Notes under the pieces: model-generated
What the model was told of the DNA's origin: nothing
The model's input: the letters and a program-made list of their open reading frames with translations, nothing else
Database searches by the model: none
DNA from: Neoconidiobolus thromboides FSU 785
Lineage: Eukaryota; Fungi; Entomophthoromycota
Direction: 5' to 3'
NCBI GenBank assembly: GCA_025603075.1
Contig: MU626404.1
Span: 1 to 49,417 of the forward strand
Length of the DNA stretch: 49,417 nucleotides
Part shown: one piece after another, positions 37,272 through 47,401 of the stretch
Numbering within the stretch: position 1 is the stretch's first letter
Layout: each line of letters opens with the position of its first letter
Translations under genes and position numbers: made by a program

Positions 37272-37766
37272 CTATTTAGAATCATGGTATTTAGATACAA
37301 AATCGTCTTTATTTAATATAATATACCTATTTTTTCTATATCTCTTTTCACTCATCTTAAACTTTAGCTTATACTTCCTACGAAATCTAATAAGCCAACT
37401 ATTATCAATAGTCAAATTATTGATGCTTAGCTCTTCTAATAAAGTTTTTGCCTTATTTGCAATAACGTCTCCTGTGATATCCTCATTTAATCTTAGGAAG
37501 CTATCAGTCGTTAATATAGCGCCTTCGGAGCAAAGTTGTAGCAGTCGATTTTCCAGATGGTCATATCCCGTTAACCGAATCCTTTTCCTTAATTTATTAA
37601 ATACACCTTCCTTAAGTAACTTGATTTTATCCTTATTCAAAATGATTTTAGTTACCGTACTTCTCCCAATCTTGAATTGCTCAGCAATAGTTTTATGGGG
37701 AAAACCTTGGTCAGCTTGTTTAATAATTTCTAATTTGGTGGATATATCAATAGCTTTACGGCTCAT
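37272..37766 (-). CDS. CENP-B/pogo-type double-HTH protein, paralog 5 (164 aa, essentially tail-less)
   Basis: IDISTKLEII..HKTIAEQFKIGRSTVTKI; LENRLLQLC..KAKTL..DNSWLIRFRRKY. Confidence 0.82.
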   Translation of the reverse strand: MSRKAIDISTKLEIIKQADQGFPHKTIAEQFKIGRSTVTKIILNKDKIKLLKEGVFNKLRKRIRLTGYDHLENRLLQLCSEGAILTTDSFLRLNEDITGDVIANKAKTLLEELSINNLTIDNSWLIRFRRKYKLKFKMSEKRYRKNRYIILNKDDFVSKYHDSK

Positions 37767-39412
37767 TTTGATTACATCTATGTAAAATAAGCCAATCTTT
37801 TTTAAGCTGATTTTGTATATTAGACTGTTTATATAATGTTAAACTGTTCCTTAATCCTCATGCTTTGAAGTTGTAAATAATATTTCTATTTAGAATATTT
37901 CATACAACCATTGCTAATTTTTACAGAAAATGTTTTCATATTGATGCTTTACTGTCGATATTCATTCCAAAGAACTTCATATAAGTTACTCTAAAACTCA
38001 AAATTATTATTTGGTTATTAAAAATACCTCTTTGATTATGCTTTTTGTTACTTTTCGATAACCCATATTTGCTTTTCATCTTAAATTTTGTAGCTCTTTC
38101 ATTTAACTCTACATAATATATATTATTAAAATGCTTAATATTTTACAAAAGAGAAAAAATGGATAATAAACGAAACTATGTAGAATGCTTATACGCTAAA
38201 GTAACTCCTCTTGATATAATAGTAAAATATTTTAGGGAAATGAAATGTGAATTTTTTGAGGCAGAGTAATTAATTAAAATGAACTTTAGCTATTCACATA
38301 TTGCGAAGTGACTAGTACCATTATTAAATGAATGGACTTTACCTGAGCTATTGCTTTATGTTTCGAGAGGTAGCAAAATTTATCTAAATAAAAAATAGAG
38401 GAGGTACTGATATAGGTAAAAAACCAAAAATGAGGCTCATGTGAAGCCTAAAAAGCAAAGATATAAATAATAGGAACGTTCTAAAACCTGATGATACAAA
38501 TTAATAGGAAAGGGAAAAAGTAAAGACAGTAATTTATTAAGCTAAATCAAATTTAACAGTCAAACCCTTCATATAACTAGAAAAGGAAAATTTAGTTGTT
38601 TATCTTTCCCATAGGGGCACTTAGGGGCTACATATAACTAAAAAAACCATATTATTTAATTCCAACTTAATCTGTCAATTTTAGGAAAAATATCAAACCG
38701 CAATTTTTATAAAATACAAAAACGTTAGCTAAAAAAAGTGAAATTATATCTATAGTTTAGGTTTCGTCATTTGTTCTGTTATTTAAAACTATAGCAAAAG
38801 GTTTTTTGGCTTTAAGTTTATATGGCTTCTGTAATTATTGGGTTATCATATAAGAATATAGCATATAAACTATTCTAAATAGTATATTATCTCCCGCTAT
38901 AATATTACACTTCTTTGAAATATTGAATAATTAATCTAATTAAAAATATATCTCTTTTTAATATATTTTATTCAAGTTTTTTTGAAAAATTGCGTTTAAT
39001 ACAGTTAACACTTTCAATACCATATACTATCATTATTTATACTCAATGTTTGGCCTTTATTTATTTTTTTTGACCCATATAATATATGGTAATTTTTACT
39101 GCTGTCATATCTTCTAAAGGATGGGGATCCTGTAAATATAACAAAGTCATAGTATAAGAAGATATTATATTATCATCTTCAATTGCAGAGACCAATGCCT
39201 TTTCAAATAAACTTTTGATTTGATTTTTGTTTAAATTATACTTTGTAGATTAATTTTTAACAGCAACTTGATTTTAAAATTTGGACTCAATCTTTATTTG
39301 GTTCTTAATTTGGTATATATTAAAAGCAATAGGATCACATATCATAGTTTGGCCGTTTTAAAATGATTAATTTTAATACATAGAAGAACAATATTTCTAT
39401 TTAGAAATAGGC

Positions 39413-39444
39413 TTCAAAGGTAATTCAAAGGTAATTCAAAGGTA
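39413..39444. repeat. 11-bp tandem repeat (TTCAAAGGTAA) x3
   Basis: Read directly; the third unit is one base short. Confidence 0.75.
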
Positions 39445-40334
39445 GTAGTTGATTTAATCTGGCTTTTTTAGTTTTATTCCTTCCAAAAAGGAATACCAAA
39501 CTATTTATAAAATTCAAGAAATCCTACTTAATTATATATATGTTCGGGGTGTTTTTTCTGAATATAAAATTAATTGTGTATGATATTGTAGACAAAAAGA
39601 TCCTGTACGTTTTATTGGTGAAGAAAGCTATTGGATACAAAAGCAAAGAATATTATAAGTAGCATTACATATGATTACAGTCAAAGGCCATTAAAGAATA
39701 TAATGGTTGCGTTCTTATCAGGTTTTTGAACTTTAGTATTTTAGTTATCATTCAAATAATTACATTAGAACAAAACAGGAATCTCAAAGTCCCCCTATTT
39801 TGATTATTTGTACGCAACAAAAGTTAAAATAATACAGCTCAATTGCTAAATTATATAAAATCAGTAGTCAGTCATGTCAGAATCCGATATATAATCACCT
39901 TTAACAATGTTATCATAATATTACACTATTGTTGAGAAATAAAAGGTTTACACAAGTCAGTAATAAAGAAGATCGAATGGGAATAACCATAAATTTATAG
40001 TAACATCTATAAGAACATTTAACGTGCCTAAATGACAATCTAATAGTGATTAAAGTAAAAGAAAAGGTGACCAAATTTAAGGTATTTTATACAAAGTAAT
40101 GTAAAATAATCCTTGGAAGAGAAATTCCTTAATTAAATAAAATATTTTAATCGAAGTGTTTAAATTATTTAAAGCAGGGAATAAAAAACAATGGTTCTTA
40201 TCAATAGCAATACTTTTCTTTACTTGTTATTAATATTTACTCTAATAATTACACATAAAATTTAGGATTTCCAGATATATATAAGCGAAAAGCCAGTACA
40301 AACTTCAAAAGGTTTTAGTTTTTAAAAAATAATT

Positions 40335-41312
40335 ATGTCTCGTAGGTTCGTAGATTTAGATACCAAATTAAATATTATTAAACTAGCCGAAAAGGGATTA
40401 TCACACAAAGACATTGCTAACCATTATGATATTGGAAGGAGTACAGTGACAAATATAGTTTTAAACAAAAGTAAGGTGGAGAATATCAAGGAGGGAGTTT
40501 TCAATAAATTGAGAAAAAGAGTGCGTGCTACAGAATATGATGATTTGGAAAATCGAGTACTTCAATTCTGTACAGAAGGAGCTATACTTATGTCTAATGG
40601 AATACTTAAACTTAGAGATGACATTGATGGTGATATTATTATAAATAAAACAAAAGAGCTACTAAAAACACTAAATAATGATGGTATTGTTATTAATAAT
40701 AACTGGTTAGCTAAGTTTAGAAGAAAGTATAAGCTCGCTTTCAAAATAATCAAAAAAAGAATGGACCCTAAAGATAACTGCATATCCTATGGGGAGTACA
40801 TAATTGAACCTGATGTCTCTAAATATCCTTTAAATAATTACCAGCATAGCTCAAACCTAAGCAATTCATATCCCAATAGCGACTCCTTTAATGACAATCC
40901 AGTGTTACCAATAGTAACATATCCAGAGTTTGTTGGTACAAATGTAACAGGTTCCAATATACATCAAAGCAGTACTGAAATTCATAGAAGATTTAATAGT
41001 CATATATATAAAGACCATATGCCAAACAATTTTACATATGCGAACTCTCTTGGGCTTGTTTCAAATATTGATAATAGTTATAGTGCAGCTAGTTTACTAC
41101 ATCCTAATTACCGGTCTTTCCCGCTAGTAATAACCAGTAAACCAATCCATGTTTTAAATGTTCCGTACAACTATACTAATCTAAGCTCGCCTACTCTTTC
41201 TTTTTCAAATAATTCTTTAGACCAGTTTAATAATCATATAGTTCCTTCAAATTTTACTACTAATGAAGTTTGTAACTACTACTATATAAACACCTCAACC
41301 ACTAGGATTTGA
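40335..41312 (+). CDS. CENP-B/pogo-type double-HTH protein, paralog 6 (325 aa, N/S/P-rich tail)
   Basis: VDLDTKLNII..SHKDIANHYDIGRSTVTNI; LENRVLQFC..KTKEL..NNNWLAKFRRKY. Confidence 0.85.
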   Translation: MSRRFVDLDTKLNIIKLAEKGLSHKDIANHYDIGRSTVTNIVLNKSKVENIKEGVFNKLRKRVRATEYDDLENRVLQFCTEGAILMSNGILKLRDDIDGDIIINKTKELLKTLNNDGIVINNNWLAKFRRKYKLAFKIIKKRMDPKDNCISYGEYIIEPDVSKYPLNNYQHSSNLSNSYPNSDSFNDNPVLPIVTYPEFVGTNVTGSNIHQSSTEIHRRFNSHIYKDHMPNNFTYANSLGLVSNIDNSYSAASLLHPNYRSFPLVITSKPIHVLNVPYNYTNLSSPTLSFSNNSLDQFNNHIVPSNFTTNEVCNYYYINTSTTRI

Positions 41313-41505
41313 TTTTTCGGTTTAATCTTTCATTCTAACTTCGAATTTTACCTACCCTATAGGTACTCTTTCTTTTACTTTATGCTATCTAAAGTTAATT
41401 TTTGTTGAAAAGTTTGAGAGGATAGAATCCTCAAGTAATCAGTCATCTATTGTTTTTAGCTTTAATTTTTCAAAATGAAGTAATTTGTTTTTTATTTAAG
41501 TATAT

Positions 41506-41591
41506 AGGGATGTTTTTTTGATTTCGTTGCTTTTTTCATTTTTTAAGCACTATTTCAGCTGAAAGATTAGTAAAATTCTTAAACAATAAAA
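41506..41591 (+). mobile_element. MITE copy 16 (right end missing)
   Basis: AGGGATG left end and core; no right terminus. Confidence 0.75.
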
Positions 41592-42079
41592 GTCAGAATT
41601 TATCACTAAATTCAGTTACCATAGTCACTATTACATATGTAATACTCTTAAGTTTAATTTCAAGAAGGTTTTATCGATTGAATCCTGTATAATAGACAAC
41701 ATAATGCTTTTTCCCACTTTTTTATACAATCTAGAATAAAAAGAGTATATTTACTACTTCTAATGATAAGGATGAGATAAACATATTTAATTTTGATACT
41801 AAATATTAACTCAATTACAAAGGCTTCTTTATTGAAATACAATTTATTCATTTTCAAAAAATAAATAATAGTAGTATAGCACTAGGGTTTTTTTTTCTGA
41901 TAATTTTTATACTACAATAACATAATACTAGATAAATCACATAAATATTTAATTATTTTTAGTTGTTTATATCTTTATGATTTAGTTGGCATTATAATAT
42001 TTCTAACTTTTGTACAGTTTATTAAAAATAAAATAAAATAAAATAACTTATAACTTTGCTAGTTTTATGACATATATAT

Positions 42080-42174
42080 AGGGATGTTTTTTTTTATTTC
42101 ATTACTTTCCCGTTTTTTAAGCGCTACTTGAGTGGAAAGATTGTTAGTAAAATTGTTAAAAAAAATACATCCCT
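42080..42174 (+). mobile_element. MITE copy 17, TSD ATAT/ATAT
   Basis: AGGGATG...CATCCCT. Confidence 0.9.
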
Positions 42175-43058
42175 ATATGCAATTTTTTTAACTAAGAATT
42201 TTTTTATAATATTTATTTTGATTTGCAGATTGATTTTTCTTGAAAGTTAGTGTGCAATATGATTGGTTAAAACATGGCTTCAATTTTTGATCATTATTAA
42301 GCTGAGATCTCAACAAATGTTATAAAATCAATCAATCTGTAATCCAATTTCAACAATATAAACTAATGATGCTTAACAAACAAACACTGTAATTAACAGC
42401 CGAATAAAGTAAGTGTTTATTCCATAATCTTTTGATATTGATAAGAAATAGGATCTTCATGTTATAGATAGCAATAATTAAAAAGTTATTAGTTATTATG
42501 AAATAATAAGTGTATTTATTAAAAATATAGGAATTTAGTAGTACTTTTGTTTAAACAAAGGTTAAAAGACATAAAATAAAAGCTATATATCAAAAATGAT
42601 TGATCAAATATATTGGTGAGTGCTCAAAAGTTGGAGAACGTAAACTTTTTATTAAAAAATCCTTAATATGTTTGATCCTAATACACTATCACATCAAATA
42701 ACGTTTTGGGTAAATAAAATTTTGAAGTTATAAAAAAATTAATTGAATTTCTTGATTACTTCCAAATATAGTTATACAACTAATAATCATTATAGGCTGT
42801 TACTATTCTATTGCGAGATAATTGTTTGTTCATTTAAAAAATATTTTTTGCTAAAACCAAGTCAAAACGTTAAATTTAGACTATGAAAAAACTAAACAAG
42901 CAAATAACTAGCTCTTAAAACTACTACAAATCAGATCGTAATAGTGTTGTAACAGTCGTAAAGAATAAATAATTCATAAATTCTACAAAACAATATAAAA
43001 ACAAAATCCAAGTCAAAATCATTTTTATTTTTATTTTTATTTTTTTTAAATATTAAGG

Positions 43059-43361
43059 ATGAAATTCTCTGGTAGTATTTTAGTCCTATTAAACTTAAGT
43101 TTATTACTTGGTAAACCAGTGAAAAAGCATGTCAATCCAGAAGGAATAAATTATAGATCAATCCCAGAAGATGATCCCGGTTCTGAGTTCCTTTCTCCTG
43201 TACCTGAATATAAAGCTGGTCCCTGTTCCGTCAATGTGGATTTTGCAGTTTGTGCTGATTTTTCAAATATCAATCAATGTATTGATGGCAATTGGTCTTC
43301 TAGTCCTTGTGAGCAAGGTAAAATTTGTCAAATTACAAGCTTTGGTCATAGGTGTTCTTAA
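43059..43361 (+). CDS. Small secreted Cys-rich protein (6 Cys; CBM19-like chitin-binding pattern), 100 aa
   Basis: Hydrophobic signal MKFSGSILVLLNLSLLLG; C-terminal C-x8-C-x8-C-xGxW-C-xGx-C-x8-C pattern. Confidence 0.65.
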   Translation: MKFSGSILVLLNLSLLLGKPVKKHVNPEGINYRSIPEDDPGSEFLSPVPEYKAGPCSVNVDFAVCADFSNINQCIDGNWSSSPCEQGKICQITSFGHRCS

Positions 43362-43928
43362 TATCTTAATAAATACACTCTTTATAAGTTTATTGAAGGT
43401 TGTCCATATGGTGTTGAATTGTTTTAATTTACAGGCTATAGATTCGCAACTTCACTTTATGAAGTTGCGAGTTCTCTTAATAAAATTGCAAGTAGTGTTA
43501 TAAGTTTGTTTTTCTAAAGTCAATTAATTAATCAATTTGGACACCTTCATATTGGTATTTAAATTAATCAAGTTTTCAATAAATTGATAAATAAAGTAAT
43601 ACGATAATTTTTATTTTGAAATACACTTTAGCATAAATATGTTTTAATTTTATTTAAAATAAACTTTGAAACATTATTTTAGACTTAAGTTGTTTTTTAC
43701 TGTCCAGTTGTATTTGTTACTAACTCTGGTTTTGATTTTAACTATAATTATAGAAATAAATACAAAAATAGAACTAAAATAGTTACCGAGCACTATCGCC
43801 ATGTAAGTTAATTATTATATTATTATAAACTATATCAAAGATTTAAACTGATAGCTCAAAAATAATAGCTTTATTTTATCCCAATATTAAACTTACCACA
43901 TGCAATAAACTTGTATCTAAATCTGATC

Positions 43929-44552
43929 TTATTGCCTATTCAACTTATCTAGTAAACTCTGCTTACTAACTTGAATCCACCTAACATCATCAATCTCATA
44001 TTTTACCATATCATAACTTACACCCCCTATAACCAACTTCTCATTACTATTGATCAGCTTTGCTTTACCTACTTTCTCTAACCAACCTATCATCGGTTTA
44101 TTTGTATTCAGAGTTTCAAAAGTTACTCTCTTTAACACTAGTTCTTCAAAAGCAATAACTGATAGCTGATAAATACATTCAGTGCCAAACTTTTGATCAA
44201 AATAAGCAGATTCTATAATTAAACCTAAATTACAACTACTTTCTTTATAATCAATTGCAGTAAGACATCCAGCTCCTATTTTTTTCCTACTTTCTTTGGA
44301 TACTAATATATAATTCTTTCGAACTCCTTGTTGTTCTTCTGAGATTTGATGGGTTACTAAGTTCCTATAGTCGCTGTCTTCCCATCCAGAAGTTATAATT
44401 GGTATCCATGGTAAATAGCTCATACTGACAGTATCTTGGTATATTTTTTTTATATATAAATAATCATCTGGATGAAGTGAGGTTAAGTCCAGTCTTAGTT
44501 GGATTAGTTGCATCTTTTGTGAAATTATTAATGAATAAAGAAAATTGGTCAT
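43929..44552 (-). CDS. GNAT acetyltransferase, RimJ/RimL (Acetyltransf_3) type, intronless
   Basis: RLDLTSL..D, KIGAGCL..ID...CNLGLII..Y..KFGTE, AFEELVLKRV...TLNTN..M..LEKVG match the RimJ/RimL layout. The start may be the second Met. Confidence 0.8.
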   Translation of the reverse strand: MTNFLYSLIISQKMQLIQLRLDLTSLHPDDYLYIKKIYQDTVSMSYLPWIPIITSGWEDSDYRNLVTHQISEEQQGVRKNYILVSKESRKKIGAGCLTAIDYKESSCNLGLIIESAYFDQKFGTECIYQLSVIAFEELVLKRVTFETLNTNKPMIGWLEKVGKAKLINSNEKLVIGGVSYDMVKYEIDDVRWIQVSKQSLLDKLNRQ

Positions 44553-46381
44553 TATTTATATTATTATATTATAATTGTTTTTATAATCTTATGATTTATT
44601 TTAAGAACCATTTGTTAAATATAAACGCGATGTTTTACAATTGAAAAAGGTTAAATATAAGAATGTTTCTACAGTAATGTCTTTTTATGACCTGAAACTA
44701 TAAGGTTGTTCTTGGTTGCAACAATTATTAGATCTTTATATACAAAAACAAATTATTTACAATTTACTGTTATAATTTATTACTCTCATTTATAATTTTT
44801 ACCAAAATAAATAAAAATTAATTATAACATCGTTATTACATAAATTAAAATACAATAATCAAAAGCAATTGATAAGTATAGTTAATATGATTAGTATAAT
44901 TAGATATAGTGATAATAAAGAAAGGCTAAGCAAAGAAGATCAACCTATATATATTTATCAGTAATAGGAATAGTGGTCATTGAAATTTCAAACCATGAAA
45001 CAACAATTATATTAAAACAGTAATATAGTGGAATAAGATCAACTTATTAAATAAATATATGATTAACATCATTAAGAACGACCAAAGCAGCTATGAAGCA
45101 TTATTTCATTAGTTATGCTATGATAATATTGATTACAATTCTTTTAGTAAAGGATATATTCATAACTATTATAAAATGCTAAGGGTTTTAATTGATATTG
45201 ATTAAAGCTCTTAATGAACCTAATATCATAAAAGTAAATATAAAAATATCCAAATTCTAAGCACAATGGTTAAAGTATCATTCTTTGAACTATTATATAG
45301 GCCAACCAGTATAAAATGCTAGAAAGTTTTCATCTTTCTGGTGAAAATGAGCCTTCCATGGATTAGAAAATATCCATAACTTATATAACGCAATAAGCAA
45401 AGATGTTTTGTCTCTTAGGCACAGAGACACCAGATACTATAACTGAATATTTGAGTATTCAAACTAAAAAGTCGAAAGTTAGCCGTTAAGTTTTTTTATT
45501 AATTTAGTTTTACAAGGATTTGCTGAACAAATACAGTTATTTGAACTTAAGTATATATTGACTAACAAAGTTCTTGATAACCATTATTTTGTATTTTCAT
45601 ACTTCTACAATCCAACCAAAACAAATGCTCAGATAACGCCCGTTTGAACTTAAACAACGTTAAAAACTAAAGGATAGAAAAGGCTTGGCTATGAATAAAA
45701 AATATCAGTCAATTATATATAGAGGCCAAGAATAACTTTGATTACGTAGCTAGAAACAAGATTTCCAACCTCTTCAAAAAACGCAGAAAAGTTTTCTAAG
45801 CAGTGAATTGGATAAAGGTAGTTAATTTTATATACACTTCTCCAATCATAGGCTACCATCCTTGCTTTTTTCCTCTTTCTATTATCTTACCTCTTTATAA
45901 ATTCTCACTATCTTAAATAAACCAAACTTTCTGTATGGATGGGTGATCCAAAAAACAAGATTTCAATTATGTTTCATTTAGAATATCACATTTATAATTA
46001 AAATAATATTATCTGGATGATTTACCTGGTTTTTACTTAAAAGCTCGCCTCTTTTGATCACACTCCTTAGCATTTGAGGAATAATATAATATAACAAAAC
46101 AAACTTTATAGCTTAATACAGCTTTAGATTATTTTATTATAATTTATATTATAAGTTAGTAGAATCTTTATCAAATTCAATAGAAACCCCCGGATTAGCA
46201 AGGATTTTGCTAATATATCCTATATATTAATATTGATCGAAGCTGTGGTATATAAATAAATATGCATTTTTATAAAACTTTATTAAGAAATATTTATTAT
46301 TAGCTGCTTTATAGCTAACATTATAAATTTATTATTAAATAAAGAAATAATTTTGATATTATAATTAGATTTCTAATATAT

Positions 46382-46476
46382 GTGCATGTATTTTTGTTTA
46401 AGAGTTTTACTATCAATCTTTCCGCTTAAATAGTACTTAAAATGGAAAAAGTGATGAAACCAAAAAAAACGTTCCC
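46382..46476 (-). mobile_element. MITE copy 18, flanks ATAT/GTAT
   Basis: GTGCATG...CGTTCCC with family core. Confidence 0.8.
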
Positions 46477-47043
46477 GTATTACTAAGTTAATAAATAGCT
46501 GAATAGGAGAGAACTGTTAGCCCCAAAACTACAATAACCATCTTTATATAATATAGTTGTGAGACATCACTTTGTCAGCTCTACGATTGACTATAACATA
46601 GCAATCACTTAAGTTGTTATGTTCTCGAGTTTAGGCATAATCAATCTCAAACTCTTATTTTAATTTGCTATGAGAATTTCTGTCATGTAATTCCGAAGGA
46701 CATTATCTCCCCGTTTTGATCTCCATACTTGTTGGAGTATAAAAGGGATCCTTCAACATAATAGCTTGAGGCTTTTTAATTGAATTATTCCCTGATATTC
46801 TTGCCTTTAATAAAGCCATTAAATTTTCCTAACAGTATTTTACATAGATTTTACAGCATTATTGTCTATTCTATTTGTCTTATATAGTCCATAGCCTATT
46901 ACATACTATTCTTCATAACTCGAGTCTATCTTATTCCCATAAACCAAGGCCTTTCGACTTACGTCTGATTAACCAGGTAACAGCTGCTTTTGACTTCAAC
47001 CACTAAGTATCAGATTTCATAAAGGGAAACTAATTTAATGTAT

Positions 47044-47140
47044 AGGGATGTATTTTTTTGTCTAAGAATTTTACTAGCAGTTTTTCTACCCAAATAGCGC
47101 TCAAAAAATGAAAAAGTAATGAAATCAAAAAAATACCCTC
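47044..47140 (-). mobile_element. MITE copy 19, TSD GTAT/GTAT
   Basis: GTAT|AGGGATG...TACCCTC|GTAT. Confidence 0.88.
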
Positions 47141-47303
47141 GTATAATAACTGTTATGGAGAAAATCCCAAAGACAGGGATTTATTTAATGACAAAAAAAT
47201 AGAACACAATAAGTATGCTAATAAATATAATTCGATTCAAACTTTACAAACTAAGTTTATTTAAAAAAATGGTACAAAAATGAAGAATATATATTTAACA
47301 AAT

Positions 47304-47401
47304 GGTGATGTTTTTTTGGCTTCATTATTTTTTCCATCTTTTAAGCGCTATTTGAGTAGAAAAATTGTTAGTAAAATTGTTAAACACAAAAATACATCCC
47401 C
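47304..47401 (+). mobile_element. MITE copy 20, flanks AAAT/ATTT
   Basis: GGTGATG...CATCCCC. Confidence 0.88.

Noticed and set aside
27245-41312. The cluster as a mating-type locus or homeobox cluster
   Set aside because: No HMG-box, alpha-box or homeodomain (WFxNxR) motifs; the HTHs are CENP-B type and no known MAT-flanking genes are present.
25743-42174. The MITEs being the non-autonomous partners of the pogo-derived HTH genes
   Set aside because: Pogo elements make 2-bp TA TSDs and typically begin CAG; these MITEs show 4-bp TSDs and G-rich termini. Binding of the HTH proteins to the MITE remains testable but is unsupported.
46194-46214. 8-bp stem ATTAGCAA/TTGCTAAT (a similar 7-bp stem lies near 41597)
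   Set aside because: AT-rich stems of this length are expected by chance here.
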